Origin: a virus
Direction: 5' to 3' (one strand)
IMG/VR virus record: IMGVR_UViG_3300025928_000005
Span: 1-64,000 of that record
DNA length: 64,000 nt
Shown piece after piece: positions 17,311 to 24,857 of the stretch; the stretch's first letter is position 1; every line of letters begins with the position of its first letter. Under the pieces are notes generated by a model that was given only the letters and a program-made list of their open reading frames with translations, was not told where the DNA came from and did not search any database. Position numbers and translations under genes: made by a program.

Positions 17311-18345
17311 ATGCGGATCCTGGTCACCGGCTGCAGCCAGCAGCAGTGCGGCAGCGGCACCAAGCAGGGCTACCAGCCGGTCATCGAGATGCACGTGCAG
17401 GCGCTGCGTGACCTCGGCCACGAGGTCACGCAGCGGCCGGTGGTGATCGACGACGACGAGGCCCTGACCCACGACGTGCTGATCGTGGGTCAGGTGCCGT
17501 GCCTCAGCGTCGCCGGCCACCACGTGTACCCGGCCCTCAACCTCCTCGAGCGAGCCGAGGCGAAGGGCAAGCGGGTCATCCTCAACGTCGACGACTGGCA
17601 GTTCCCCCGCATCCACGACAACCTCATGACCGTGGCTCGGGGACCGCACCGCATCACGCGGGAGAGCGTGTTCAAGGGACGGCCCGGCTACGACTGGATC
17701 ACCAGCCCCGAGGGGCAGCGCACGCTCGACCGCTACCTCGAGCGGATGCTGACCCGCCCCTGGCCGCCCGTGATGTATCCCGCGTTCGCGTGGGGCGACC
17801 ACAAGCTCCTCGCGGGCCACCTGCCCGCGGAGCGGTCCTACTTCCTCGACCCCACGTCCTACACGCGGAGCTACCACACCAACGAGCCGCCGCTCACCGA
17901 TGGGGAGCGGCACCGACGGTGGGTGCTCGGTGTCCTGAGCGACCAGTCCGCGTGGCTCAAGACGCTCGGGCCGATGACGTGGGACCTGCACCTCGCGGGC
18001 CGCCCGAAGGAGGGCGCGCCGGCGATGCAGGAGGCCGACCTGGTGCGGCTGTACGCCGACAGCTGGGGCGTGCTGTCTCCCCTCTACAAGAAGGTCGCGG
18101 GCTCGGGCTGGTGGCGCAACCGGTTCGTGTACGCCGCGATCACCCGGTCGGTGCTGCTCGCCGACCCCGAGGAGGTGCGCCGGCTCGGCGCGCCGTACCT
18201 CGTCGACGTGCGGGACGTGGAGAGCCTCACCGCCGGCGAGTTGCGGGACCTCGCTGAGGCGCAGGCCGCGTGCCTGCGTGACAGGGTCTGGAACCGCGAC
18301 CGCTACCTCACGGAACTGGAAGGAATGATCAGGAATGAGCGTTGA
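17311..18345 (+). CDS. GT-B-like putative DNA glycosyltransferase
   Basis: MRILVTG...ALRDLGHEV...VDDWQ...GSGWWRNRF; GT-B N-terminal signature in a DNA-metabolism context. Confidence 0.65.
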   Translation: MRILVTGCSQQQCGSGTKQGYQPVIEMHVQALRDLGHEVTQRPVVIDDDEALTHDVLIVGQVPCLSVAGHHVYPALNLLERAEAKGKRVILNVDDWQFPRIHDNLMTVARGPHRITRESVFKGRPGYDWITSPEGQRTLDRYLERMLTRPWPPVMYPAFAWGDHKLLAGHLPAERSYFLDPTSYTRSYHTNEPPLTDGERHRRWVLGVLSDQSAWLKTLGPMTWDLHLAGRPKEGAPAMQEADLVRLYADSWGVLSPLYKKVAGSGWWRNRFVYAAITRSVLLADPEEVRRLGAPYLVDVRDVESLTAGELRDLAEAQAACLRDRVWNRDRYLTELEGMIRNER

Positions 18346-18718
18346 CGGTGACCTGGGCGTGCTGCTCAAGGCACAGGCCCAGCTGCAGGAGCTGATGGGG
18401 CACGACTTCGAGGCGATGACCACCGTGGAGCGGATGCGGTACCTCCGCGACCAGATGCTCGCGCTGCAGGTCGAGGCGGTGGAGGTGCTCAACACCGCAC
18501 CGTGGAAGCCGTGGGCGACCTACCCGACCGACGCCGAGATCGACGACGCCGAGTACGTCGGCGAGCTCGCGGACGTGTTCATCTTCTTCCTCAACCTGCT
18601 GCTCGTAGGTGACGTGAGCTCCAACCGCCTGCTCGAGGCCGTGGCGCTGAAGATCGAGAAGAACGTGCGCCGCGCCAACTCGCGCTACGACGGGCACTGG
18701 ACGACCACCGAGAGCTGA
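18335..18718 (+). CDS. all-alpha dUTPase/dCTPase (MazG-like NTP pyrophosphatase)
   Basis: EAVEVLN..PWKPW...GELADVFIF...KIEKNVRR. Confidence 0.88.
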   Translation: MSVDGDLGVLLKAQAQLQELMGHDFEAMTTVERMRYLRDQMLALQVEAVEVLNTAPWKPWATYPTDAEIDDAEYVGELADVFIFFLNLLLVGDVSSNRLLEAVALKIEKNVRRANSRYDGHWTTTES

Positions 18719-18727
18719 GCTGATCCC

Positions 18728-18762
18728 GAGAGCGGGGAGCCGGGTCAGGGCTCCCCGCTCTC
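18728..18762 (+). terminator. perfect 14-bp stem-loop
   Basis: GAGAGCGGGGAGCC-N7-GGCTCCCCGCTCTC just after stop. Confidence 0.7.
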
Positions 18763-18788
18763 TCCCTGTCCGCGGATTGATGACAACC

Positions 18789-18797
18789 TGATAGGAT
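18789..18797 (+). promoter_or_regulatory. extended -10 TGATAGGAT for leaderless HNH transcript
   Basis: 6 nt from the -10 to GTG 18804; no SD. Confidence 0.55.
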
Positions 18798-18803
18798 CAT
18801 TAC

Positions 18804-19247
18804 GTGGCGAACGGCTTGAGCGGTCACTGTGTGAAATGCGGTACTTGGCGTAGATCGCTTCACCGTGATCACATCATTCCAAAGTTCAAGGGCGGGTCAA
18901 ATGACCCAAGCAACATCCAACTGTTGTGTGCGAACTGTCACGAGGACAAGACGGTCGAGGACCTCAAGGGTCACAAGCTGAGGACCGACCAAGAGAGACG
19001 ACGAATTGAGTCTCAGATCGGCAAGAAGTGCAGTGAGACTCGACGACTCAACATCGCGATAGCCCACTACAACAAGATCAGAGAAGACGCTGAATATGCG
19101 AAACATCTCAGCACGATGCCAAATCGTAACGGTCGATACGACTGGATCTGTGTTGAGTGCGGCTTGAAGTCACTCCCTGGCTCGGTGGGAAGACACCAGT
19201 CAGCGACCGGACACGTTGGACGTGAGAGGGTTCTCAGAAATGTATAA
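18804..19247 (+). CDS. HNH endonuclease; low-GC insertion
   Basis: CVKC...DHIIPKFKGGSNDPSNIQLLCANCH; C-terminal CVEC..H...H. Confidence 0.88.
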   Translation: MANGLSGHCVKCGTWRRSLHRDHIIPKFKGGSNDPSNIQLLCANCHEDKTVEDLKGHKLRTDQERRRIESQIGKKCSETRRLNIAIAHYNKIREDAEYAKHLSTMPNRNGRYDWICVECGLKSLPGSVGRHQSATGHVGRERVLRNV

Positions 19248-20487
19248 GTTCATCGATTGCATGGGATTCGCGGGAGGAATGGCGGTCGGGGCCACGCAGG
19301 CCGGCTTCCGCCTCGTCAACAAGGTCGAGAAGAGAGGCGGCTTCGGCCTCCCCCTGATGGACGCCAACCGCGCCTTCCTCGGTGAGGACTGGGGCTACCA
19401 GGTCGGCGACCCCGACACCGACTGGGAGCCGTTCCAGGCGGACGTCGTCGTCGGCACCCCGCCGTGCGCCGCGTTCAGCGGCATGACCTTCGGCACCAGC
19501 AAGCACGGCATCGACTCGTCCATCAACGAGTGCATGTGGGACCTCACCCGCTACGCCGCCAAGGTGAGGCCCGCCGTCCTGGTCATGGAGTCGGTCAGTC
19601 AGGCCTACACCAAGGGTGTCAGTCTGATGACCCGGCTCGCCGAAGAGCTCAACCGCCTCACCGGCCTGTGGTACACCACGACCCACGTGCTGCAGAACAA
19701 CCTCAGCGTCGGTGGCTGCACCAACCGCAAGCGCTACTTCCTGGTGCTCAGCCAGGTCCCGTTCGGCGTGGAGCGCCCCACCGTGGACCGTGTCAACACG
19801 CTCGGTGACGCCCTGTTCGACCTCACTAACCAGGACCTCACCTGGGCGCCGCGGCCCTACCGCGACCCCGCCACCGCGTGGAGCGAGCCACTGCGTCGCG
19901 AGGACGGCTGCGTCGACGGCCACGCCTTCCGCGAGAACACGTTCACCCGGCGGCTCGCCGACATCCACGGCGGCGCGGGCTGGACCCCCGGGGAGCGCGA
20001 GGCCGACGTGCTCAAGCGCCACTACGAGCTGCACGGCTACCTTCCCGAGTCCTACCAGTACCCGCAGCCCGGCGGCAACGGCATCACCCGCGACAAGCAC
20101 CTCCTCGAGCGCGGGTTCGACCCCGGCGGCTTCAACCAGACCAAGTGCTGGTCCTGGACCGACCCGGGCCGCGTGCTCAGCGGCGCCGGCGTCTACATGG
20201 TGTGGCACCCCAACGGCCGCGTCATCACCAACCGCGAGGCCGCCCGCATCATGGGCTTCCCGGACGCCTACCTCATCGAGCCCGTCAAGGACGACCCGCA
20301 GCTCTCGTCCTACTGGGGCAAGGGCACCAGCGTCGCCCCCGCCCGGTGGGTCATGAACTGGGTGCGGGAGAGCCTCAACGGCAACCCCGGTCCCGTCACC
20401 GGCGACGTGATCGAGACCGGCGCGCGCCTCATCGACGTCTCCCGGGAGTGGAAGACCGCGACCAGGCTCGAGGAGACCGCGGCGTGA
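19240..20487 (+). CDS. divergent DNA cytosine-C5 methyltransferase-fold protein
   Basis: GFAGG (motif I-like), GTPPCAAFS (IV), MESV (VI), RKRYF (VIII), REAARIMGFPD (IX), WGKG (X). Confidence 0.85.
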   Translation: MYKFIDCMGFAGGMAVGATQAGFRLVNKVEKRGGFGLPLMDANRAFLGEDWGYQVGDPDTDWEPFQADVVVGTPPCAAFSGMTFGTSKHGIDSSINECMWDLTRYAAKVRPAVLVMESVSQAYTKGVSLMTRLAEELNRLTGLWYTTTHVLQNNLSVGGCTNRKRYFLVLSQVPFGVERPTVDRVNTLGDALFDLTNQDLTWAPRPYRDPATAWSEPLRREDGCVDGHAFRENTFTRRLADIHGGAGWTPGEREADVLKRHYELHGYLPESYQYPQPGGNGITRDKHLLERGFDPGGFNQTKCWSWTDPGRVLSGAGVYMVWHPNGRVITNREAARIMGFPDAYLIEPVKDDPQLSSYWGKGTSVAPARWVMNWVRESLNGNPGPVTGDVIETGARLIDVSREWKTATRLEETAA

Positions 20488-21158
20488 TCCCACACGACTT
20501 TCGCTTCCGGGACTGCGACCGCTTCGTCGTCGACCAGGTCTTCAACAAGCGAGAGTACGCGCTCGCCAGCCCGCGGGAGGGTGAGCGCGTCCTCGACCTC
20601 GGCGCGCACGTCGGGTCCTTCACGCGCTGGGCGCTCGACCAGGGAGCCGGCCACGTCACGGCGGTGGAGGCGGCACCCGAGACCGTGGCTCTGCTCCGCG
20701 GCAACGTCGCCCTCGACCCGCGGGTCACCGTCATCGCCGCCGCCGTGGTCGGCGCGCCGCTGGCCACGGCCACGCTGGCGCTGCCGCCGCGGGGCAACCC
20801 GATGGGTGCCTACGTGGTGGGCACCAAGCGGCCCGCCGGCAAGAGCTACCGCGGCTACCAGCTGAGCGAGGTAGCCACGGTCTCCCTGCCGTACCTCCTC
20901 GAGATCTACCAGCCCACTCTCGTCAAGTTCGACATCGAGGCCAGCGAGTACGACGTCCTCACCCCGCACGTCGACCTCCTCAGGCAGCAGGGCGTGCGGT
21001 GCCTCATCGGTGAGTACCACGTCAACACGCAGGCCCTTCTCGACCGCGCCACGCGGCTCGTTAGCCTCCTCGACGCCGCCGGCTACACCCGCTCCCGGTC
21101 CCTGCCCGGCAAGCCCACGGGGTGGGGCCGCACGATCTGCCACGACCTCGCCCCGTAG
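20484..21158 (+). CDS. FkbM-family SAM-dependent methyltransferase
   Basis: VLDLGAHVGSF, AVEA, VKFDIEASEY; GTGA-coupled to the Dcm-like gene. Confidence 0.88.
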   Translation: MIPHDFRFRDCDRFVVDQVFNKREYALASPREGERVLDLGAHVGSFTRWALDQGAGHVTAVEAAPETVALLRGNVALDPRVTVIAAAVVGAPLATATLALPPRGNPMGAYVVGTKRPAGKSYRGYQLSEVATVSLPYLLEIYQPTLVKFDIEASEYDVLTPHVDLLRQQGVRCLIGEYHVNTQALLDRATRLVSLLDAAGYTRSRSLPGKPTGWGRTICHDLAP

Positions 21159-21161
21159 CTG

Positions 21162-21190
21162 TTTACATGTCACCGCCTCACTGGTATGAT
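21162..21190 (+). promoter_or_regulatory. promoter TTTACA-N17-TATGAT
   Basis: Leader has 3 GGAAC copies. Confidence 0.8.
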
Positions 21191-21231
21191 GACAAGGTAC
21201 GCAGGAACATCGGAACGAGAGGAACGAGCAC

Positions 21232-22158
21232 GTGGAAATCCTGGACATCCCCGTCGAGGGCCGCCAGCTCGCGTGGGCGGGCATCACCACCGGCAGCGCC
21301 GGTGACGACCTCGTCAGCTCGGAGCAGCTGCTGCACCTCGCCGGCCTGGACTGGGAGGTCGCCAAGCGGCCCCTGCTGCGCACCAACCTCCAGGGCGAGG
21401 TCGTGCAGTCTCAACGGTCCTTCGAGATCTACCGCACCGACACCGGTGAGGAGCTCGGCACCGTCAAGAGCAAGTACGAGGTCTGGCAGAACCGGGACGC
21501 GTTCGCGTTCGGCGACGCCCTGGTCGCGGACGGCAAGGCCCGGTGGGTCGACGCCGGCTTGCAGGGAAACGGCTGGCGGGTCTTCATGACCATGCAGCTC
21601 AACGAGCCGTTCACGGTGCACGACGACCAGTTCAACCTGTACCTCTACCTGCGGACCAGCCACGATGGCAGCTCCTCGGTGAGCGGCTACGTGACCCCGA
21701 TCAAGGTGTGGTGCACCAACCAGCTGCCCCTGGTGTCCCGAACCGCGCTCGACAAGTTCAGCTTCCAGCACACCAGCAAGCTGAGCGAGCGCATCGAGGA
21801 GGCCAAGAAGTCCTTCGAGCTGACCGTCAACTTCGAGCGGGAGTTCAAGGCCTCCATGGAGCAGCTGCTTAAGACCGAGGTCACCGACGACAAGGCGCGC
21901 CTCCTGATCAAGGAGGTCATCCCTCAGACGCGGCCGCGGCGCGAGGACATGGTGGAGGCGATCATGCTCAACTACCAGACCTCAGAGACCACGCAGCCCT
22001 ACCGCAACACCGCGTACGGTCTGCTCAACGGCCTGACCGAGTACATGGACCACAAGAAGGTCCAGCGGAGCGGCAACTCGCGCTTCGAGAGCATCATGCT
22101 CGGCGAGGGCGCGAAGTACCGCACCAACCTGGCCCAGCGCCTGCTGGCGCTGAGCTGA
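21232..22158 (+). CDS. DUF932-family phage protein
   Basis: AGLDWEV, YEVWQN.DAF.F, TSHDGSSS, TPIKVWCTNQL, TAYGLLNGLTEYMDH. Confidence 0.85.
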   Translation: MEILDIPVEGRQLAWAGITTGSAGDDLVSSEQLLHLAGLDWEVAKRPLLRTNLQGEVVQSQRSFEIYRTDTGEELGTVKSKYEVWQNRDAFAFGDALVADGKARWVDAGLQGNGWRVFMTMQLNEPFTVHDDQFNLYLYLRTSHDGSSSVSGYVTPIKVWCTNQLPLVSRTALDKFSFQHTSKLSERIEEAKKSFELTVNFEREFKASMEQLLKTEVTDDKARLLIKEVIPQTRPRREDMVEAIMLNYQTSETTQPYRNTAYGLLNGLTEYMDHKKVQRSGNSRFESIMLGEGAKYRTNLAQRLLALS

Positions 22159-22169
22159 CCCTCAACTAG

Positions 22170-22210
22170 ACGCGGTCGCCGTCCACCCGTGGGGTGGGCG
22201 GCTCTCGCGT
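22170..22210 (+). terminator. imperfect stem-loop
   Basis: ACGCG..GCCGTCCACC / GGTGGGCGGC..CGCGT after stop. Confidence 0.5.
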
Positions 22211-22231
22211 ACCGAGCGATTGGAGACGATG

Positions 22232-22513
22232 ATGGCGGTGGTGATGAAGCTGCTTGAGAACGAGGGTGCCAACGCAGATGACGTCGAGCGAATGAGTGGC
22301 GGCTACCAGGTCGTCGCCTCCACGCTCAGCCAGCTGTTCCCGAACCGGCCCAAGGTGTCCCGCCAGCTCGTGTGGCTGTGGTGGAACCGACGGCACCGCA
22401 CCCACTTCCCGGAGGGCTGGGAGCGGCCCACCGCGAACGGCAGCGTGCGGCGGTTCTTCCTGGACGAGGTCGTGGAGTGGTACCGCGGCCACCGGCTCGA
22501 GGAGGATGACTGA
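22232..22513 (+). CDS. putative excisionase/AlpA-like DNA-binding protein
   Basis: VSRQLVWLW...FP....RRFFLDEVVEWY. Confidence 0.6.
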   Translation: MAVVMKLLENEGANADDVERMSGGYQVVASTLSQLFPNRPKVSRQLVWLWWNRRHRTHFPEGWERPTANGSVRRFFLDEVVEWYRGHRLEEDD

Positions 22514-22725
22514 TGGCCGAGGAGACCGACGGCGACGGCTTCAGAGAGGTCTACGACCTGCTCGGCAAGCTCGTCACGGCGATCGAGCGCGTGCGCAAGA
22601 ACCACGCGCTGGTGGTTGCGGGGCCGGAGCTCGTCACCCTCGTGGCGATCGAGGGTGACGAGCGCAACCTCGAGTGGGACGTGCACCGCCTCGAGCGGCA
22701 GATCCGCGCGCACCAGGAGATCTGA
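22513..22725 (+). CDS. hypothetical protein
   Basis: 70 aa, GAGGAGG RBS, TGATG overlap. Confidence 0.7.
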   Translation: MAEETDGDGFREVYDLLGKLVTAIERVRKNHALVVAGPELVTLVAIEGDERNLEWDVHRLERQIRAHQEI

Positions 22726-22727
22726 TC

Positions 22728-22768
22728 GAGAGCCGGCTGTTTACAAACAGCCGGCTCTCTGGTAGGTT
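22728..22768 (+). promoter_or_regulatory. promoter TTTACA-N17-TAGGTT inside a perfect 15-bp inverted repeat
   Basis: GAGAGCCGGCTGTTT-AC-AAACAGCCGGCTCTC. Confidence 0.8.
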
Positions 22769-22810
22769 TACCTCAGCAAGCCAGGAACGAACCAACGGAA
22801 CGGAGCTCAG

Positions 22811-23107
22811 ATGCCTCACCTCACCCTGGACGTCGCCCACGAGGAGAGCGAGACGGTCGAGGCCGCGATCGCCGACCTCACCCGGGGAACTGACGTGACC
22901 GCAACCGTCATCGACCCCGCCGGTCCCGCGGGCGGCTGGCCGGTCGTCACGTTCACCGGCACCCGCGATGGGCTGGTGCGGCTGGCCGTGCGCTACGAGG
23001 GCATCGAGGGTCAGATCGTGGACCTGCTGCTCGGCAACCGGTCGAGCCGCTCAAGCGGAAGCGCGATCGACGCGGCCCGCGACCTGCTGGACTGGATCAA
23101 GGACTGA
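22811..23107 (+). CDS. hypothetical protein
   Basis: 98 aa, IDPAGPAGGWPVVTFTG. Confidence 0.75.
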   Translation: MPHLTLDVAHEESETVEAAIADLTRGTDVTATVIDPAGPAGGWPVVTFTGTRDGLVRLAVRYEGIEGQIVDLLLGNRSSRSSGSAIDAARDLLDWIKD

Positions 23108-23139
23108 CCTCGGGTCAGGCTCAAGGAACGGAGACCGAA

Positions 23140-23322
23140 GTGAACCAGGAAACGCGGCGTGAGCTCGCGGCGGAGCTGATCCTCTTCCGGATCAAGGACA
23201 CCGACAAGCGGGACGCCTACGAATACCTCAAGAGCCAGGGCGTGCTCGCCCAAGCTCGGGAGAGCGTCGAGCTCGCCTACCAGGTCCGCAAGGCCAAGAT
23301 CACGATCACGTGGGAGGACTGA
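23140..23322 (+). CDS. hypothetical protein
   Basis: 60 aa after AAGGAACGGAG. Confidence 0.7.
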   Translation: MNQETRRELAAELILFRIKDTDKRDAYEYLKSQGVLAQARESVELAYQVRKAKITITWED

Positions 23323-23323
23323 C

Positions 23324-23539
23324 GTGGACGCCAGTCACGAGCTCGTGGGCCGACGGGTGCGGTCCAGGGACGGCGGCGCGCTCGGTGAGATCCTCGCCGT
23401 CGACGAGCACCGACGGAGCGGTCGGATCATCGGCGCGCGGGTGAGGTGGGACGAGGCCTTCACCGTGCCGATCACCAACCAGTCGATCTCTGAGTCGAAC
23501 GTGTTCTGGAACCGGCTCGAGCTGCTGCCGGTGAAGTAG
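23324..23539 (+). CDS. hypothetical protein
   Basis: 71 aa, GGAGG RBS. Confidence 0.7.
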   Translation: MDASHELVGRRVRSRDGGALGEILAVDEHRRSGRIIGARVRWDEAFTVPITNQSISESNVFWNRLELLPVK

Positions 23540-23571
23540 GGGTTTACAAACCCTGGGTTCCGGTGTAGGCT
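23540..23571 (+). promoter_or_regulatory. promoter TTTACA-N17-TAGGCT
   Basis: GGGTTT-AC-AAACCC core; leader CAGGAACCCGGAAC. Confidence 0.8.
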
Positions 23572-23612
23572 GATCCCAGCAGGACAGGAACCCGGAACCC
23601 AGGAGGCACCCC

Positions 23613-24167
23613 GTGCTCACGTTCATCTCCCTCGCTCAGATCCGCCTCATCCGCAACCTCGCCGCCGAGCGGGTCCTCGACCCGAACCGTCGGGACGCGA
23701 TGCTGGACCTTCTCAAGCGGCACGAGCGGCCCGTGAACGCGGATGACAAGCTGACCCAGGCGTGGGCTCGGGCGTGCATCGACTGGCTGCTGAACCAGCC
23801 GCGAGCGACCGCTCAAGCGAAGCCGGCGACGGTGGCACCGAGCGTCGAGCCCCTGGTCGCCGGCGTCTACGGCCGCGACGGTGAGGTCTTCCTCGTCAAG
23901 CCCAGCAGGCAGGGCAACCTGTACGCCAAGCGGCTCGTGCCGATCAGCGGCGAGCGGCTGACCCAGCTGGGTGAGACGGCCAAGTTCGAGTTCGACTACG
24001 CGCCGGGCGCGGTCAAGACCCTGCACCCGCGGGACCGCCTGCCGCTCGCGGAGGCCGAGAAACTGATGATCGAGTACGGCCGCTGCATCTGCTGCAACCG
24101 CCGGCTCAAGGACGCCGCGAGCGTCCGCGCGGGGATCGGCCCCGTGTGCCGCAAGCAGTTCGCCTGA
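23613..24167 (+). CDS. DUF6011-like Zn-binding protein
   Basis: C-terminal GRCICCNRRLKDAASVRAGIGPVC. Confidence 0.8.
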   Translation: MLTFISLAQIRLIRNLAAERVLDPNRRDAMLDLLKRHERPVNADDKLTQAWARACIDWLLNQPRATAQAKPATVAPSVEPLVAGVYGRDGEVFLVKPSRQGNLYAKRLVPISGERLTQLGETAKFEFDYAPGAVKTLHPRDRLPLAEAEKLMIEYGRCICCNRRLKDAASVRAGIGPVCRKQFA

Positions 24168-24185
24168 GGAACGAGACGCGAGGAG

Positions 24186-24371
24186 ATGGAACAGATGAAG
24201 TTTCCGAGAGAGCTTCTGAACGAGGTGCGAGCCACCCACGACCTCGAGTGGGACCCGCCGGCCGCGATGACCGCGGTGCGTCGCTGGACGTGCACGCGGT
24301 GCGGTGACGCCGTCCTGGTGAACGGTGACAACGTGTACGGGTCCGCGACCCGCGAGACGTGTCGCCGGTGA
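24186..24371 (+). CDS. small Zn-finger-like protein
   Basis: H..WTCTRCG...C; GAGGAG RBS. Confidence 0.7.
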   Translation: MEQMKFPRELLNEVRATHDLEWDPPAAMTAVRRWTCTRCGDAVLVNGDNVYGSATRETCRR

Positions 24372-24381
24372 GGTAGAGGCT

Positions 24382-24425
24382 CACCGATCCCAGGGGTTTA
24401 CAAATCTCCGGGCTCGGTGTAGGCT
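24382..24425 (+). promoter_or_regulatory. promoter TTTACA-N17-TAGGCT inside an imperfect 18-bp inverted repeat
   Basis: CACCGATCCCAGGGGTTT-AC-AAATCTCCGGGCTCGGTG. Confidence 0.8.
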
Positions 24426-24468
24426 AGCACCAGCAGGCAAGGAACCCGGAACCGAGGAGCTGAGTCCG

Positions 24469-24750
24469 ATGACCCACCCCGAACCCGTCACCTGGGATGA
24501 GGACGCCTACCGCGAGGCCGCCACCGTGACCGGCCCGGTCTGCGCCGAGTGCTCCTTCTGGGACCACGACGCGCGCCGTCGGGTGCAGGTTCGCCACGCC
24601 TCCGCCGCCTCAATTCGCGAGTGCCACGCCAAGGCTCGAGACGCCCAGGCTCAGGCGCGGGCCGACCTCGAGGCGGAGCGCCTCGTGGAGCGCTTCTTCG
24701 AGGAGCGCGGCGGCTCAGACCACGACCCATACGAGCGCGACCGGTTCTGA
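24469..24750 (+). CDS. hypothetical protein
   Basis: MTHPEPV..CAEC..H..C; GAGGAG RBS. Confidence 0.7.
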   Translation: MTHPEPVTWDEDAYREAATVTGPVCAECSFWDHDARRRVQVRHASAASIRECHAKARDAQAQARADLEAERLVERFFEERGGSDHDPYERDRF

Positions 24751-24759
24751 GAGAGTCCG

Positions 24760-24801
24760 CCAGGCTCAGGGGTTTACAAACCTCTGAGCCTGGTGTAGGC
24801 T
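24760..24801 (+). promoter_or_regulatory. promoter TTTACA-N17-TAGGCT inside a 16-bp inverted repeat
   Basis: CCAGGCTCAGGGGTTT-AC-AAACCTCTGAGCCTGG. Confidence 0.8.
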
Positions 24802-24813
24802 GGTACCAGCAGC

Positions 24814-24847
24814 AAGGAACAAGGAACAAGGAACCAGGAACCGGAAG
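24814..24847 (+). repeat. tandem 7-mer (A/C)AGGAAC x4 plus partial fifth copy in 5' leader
   Basis: AAGGAAC AAGGAAC AAGGAAC CAGGAAC CGGAAG. Confidence 0.9.
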
Positions 24848-24857
24848 GACCGAGTCG

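Noticed and set aside
24814-24847. Repeats as a possible CRISPR array, with the Cas4-like gene at 14558
   Set aside because: 7-nt tandem units with no spacers; the Cas4-like nuclease sits in a standard exonuclease-Sak4-SSB recombination module.
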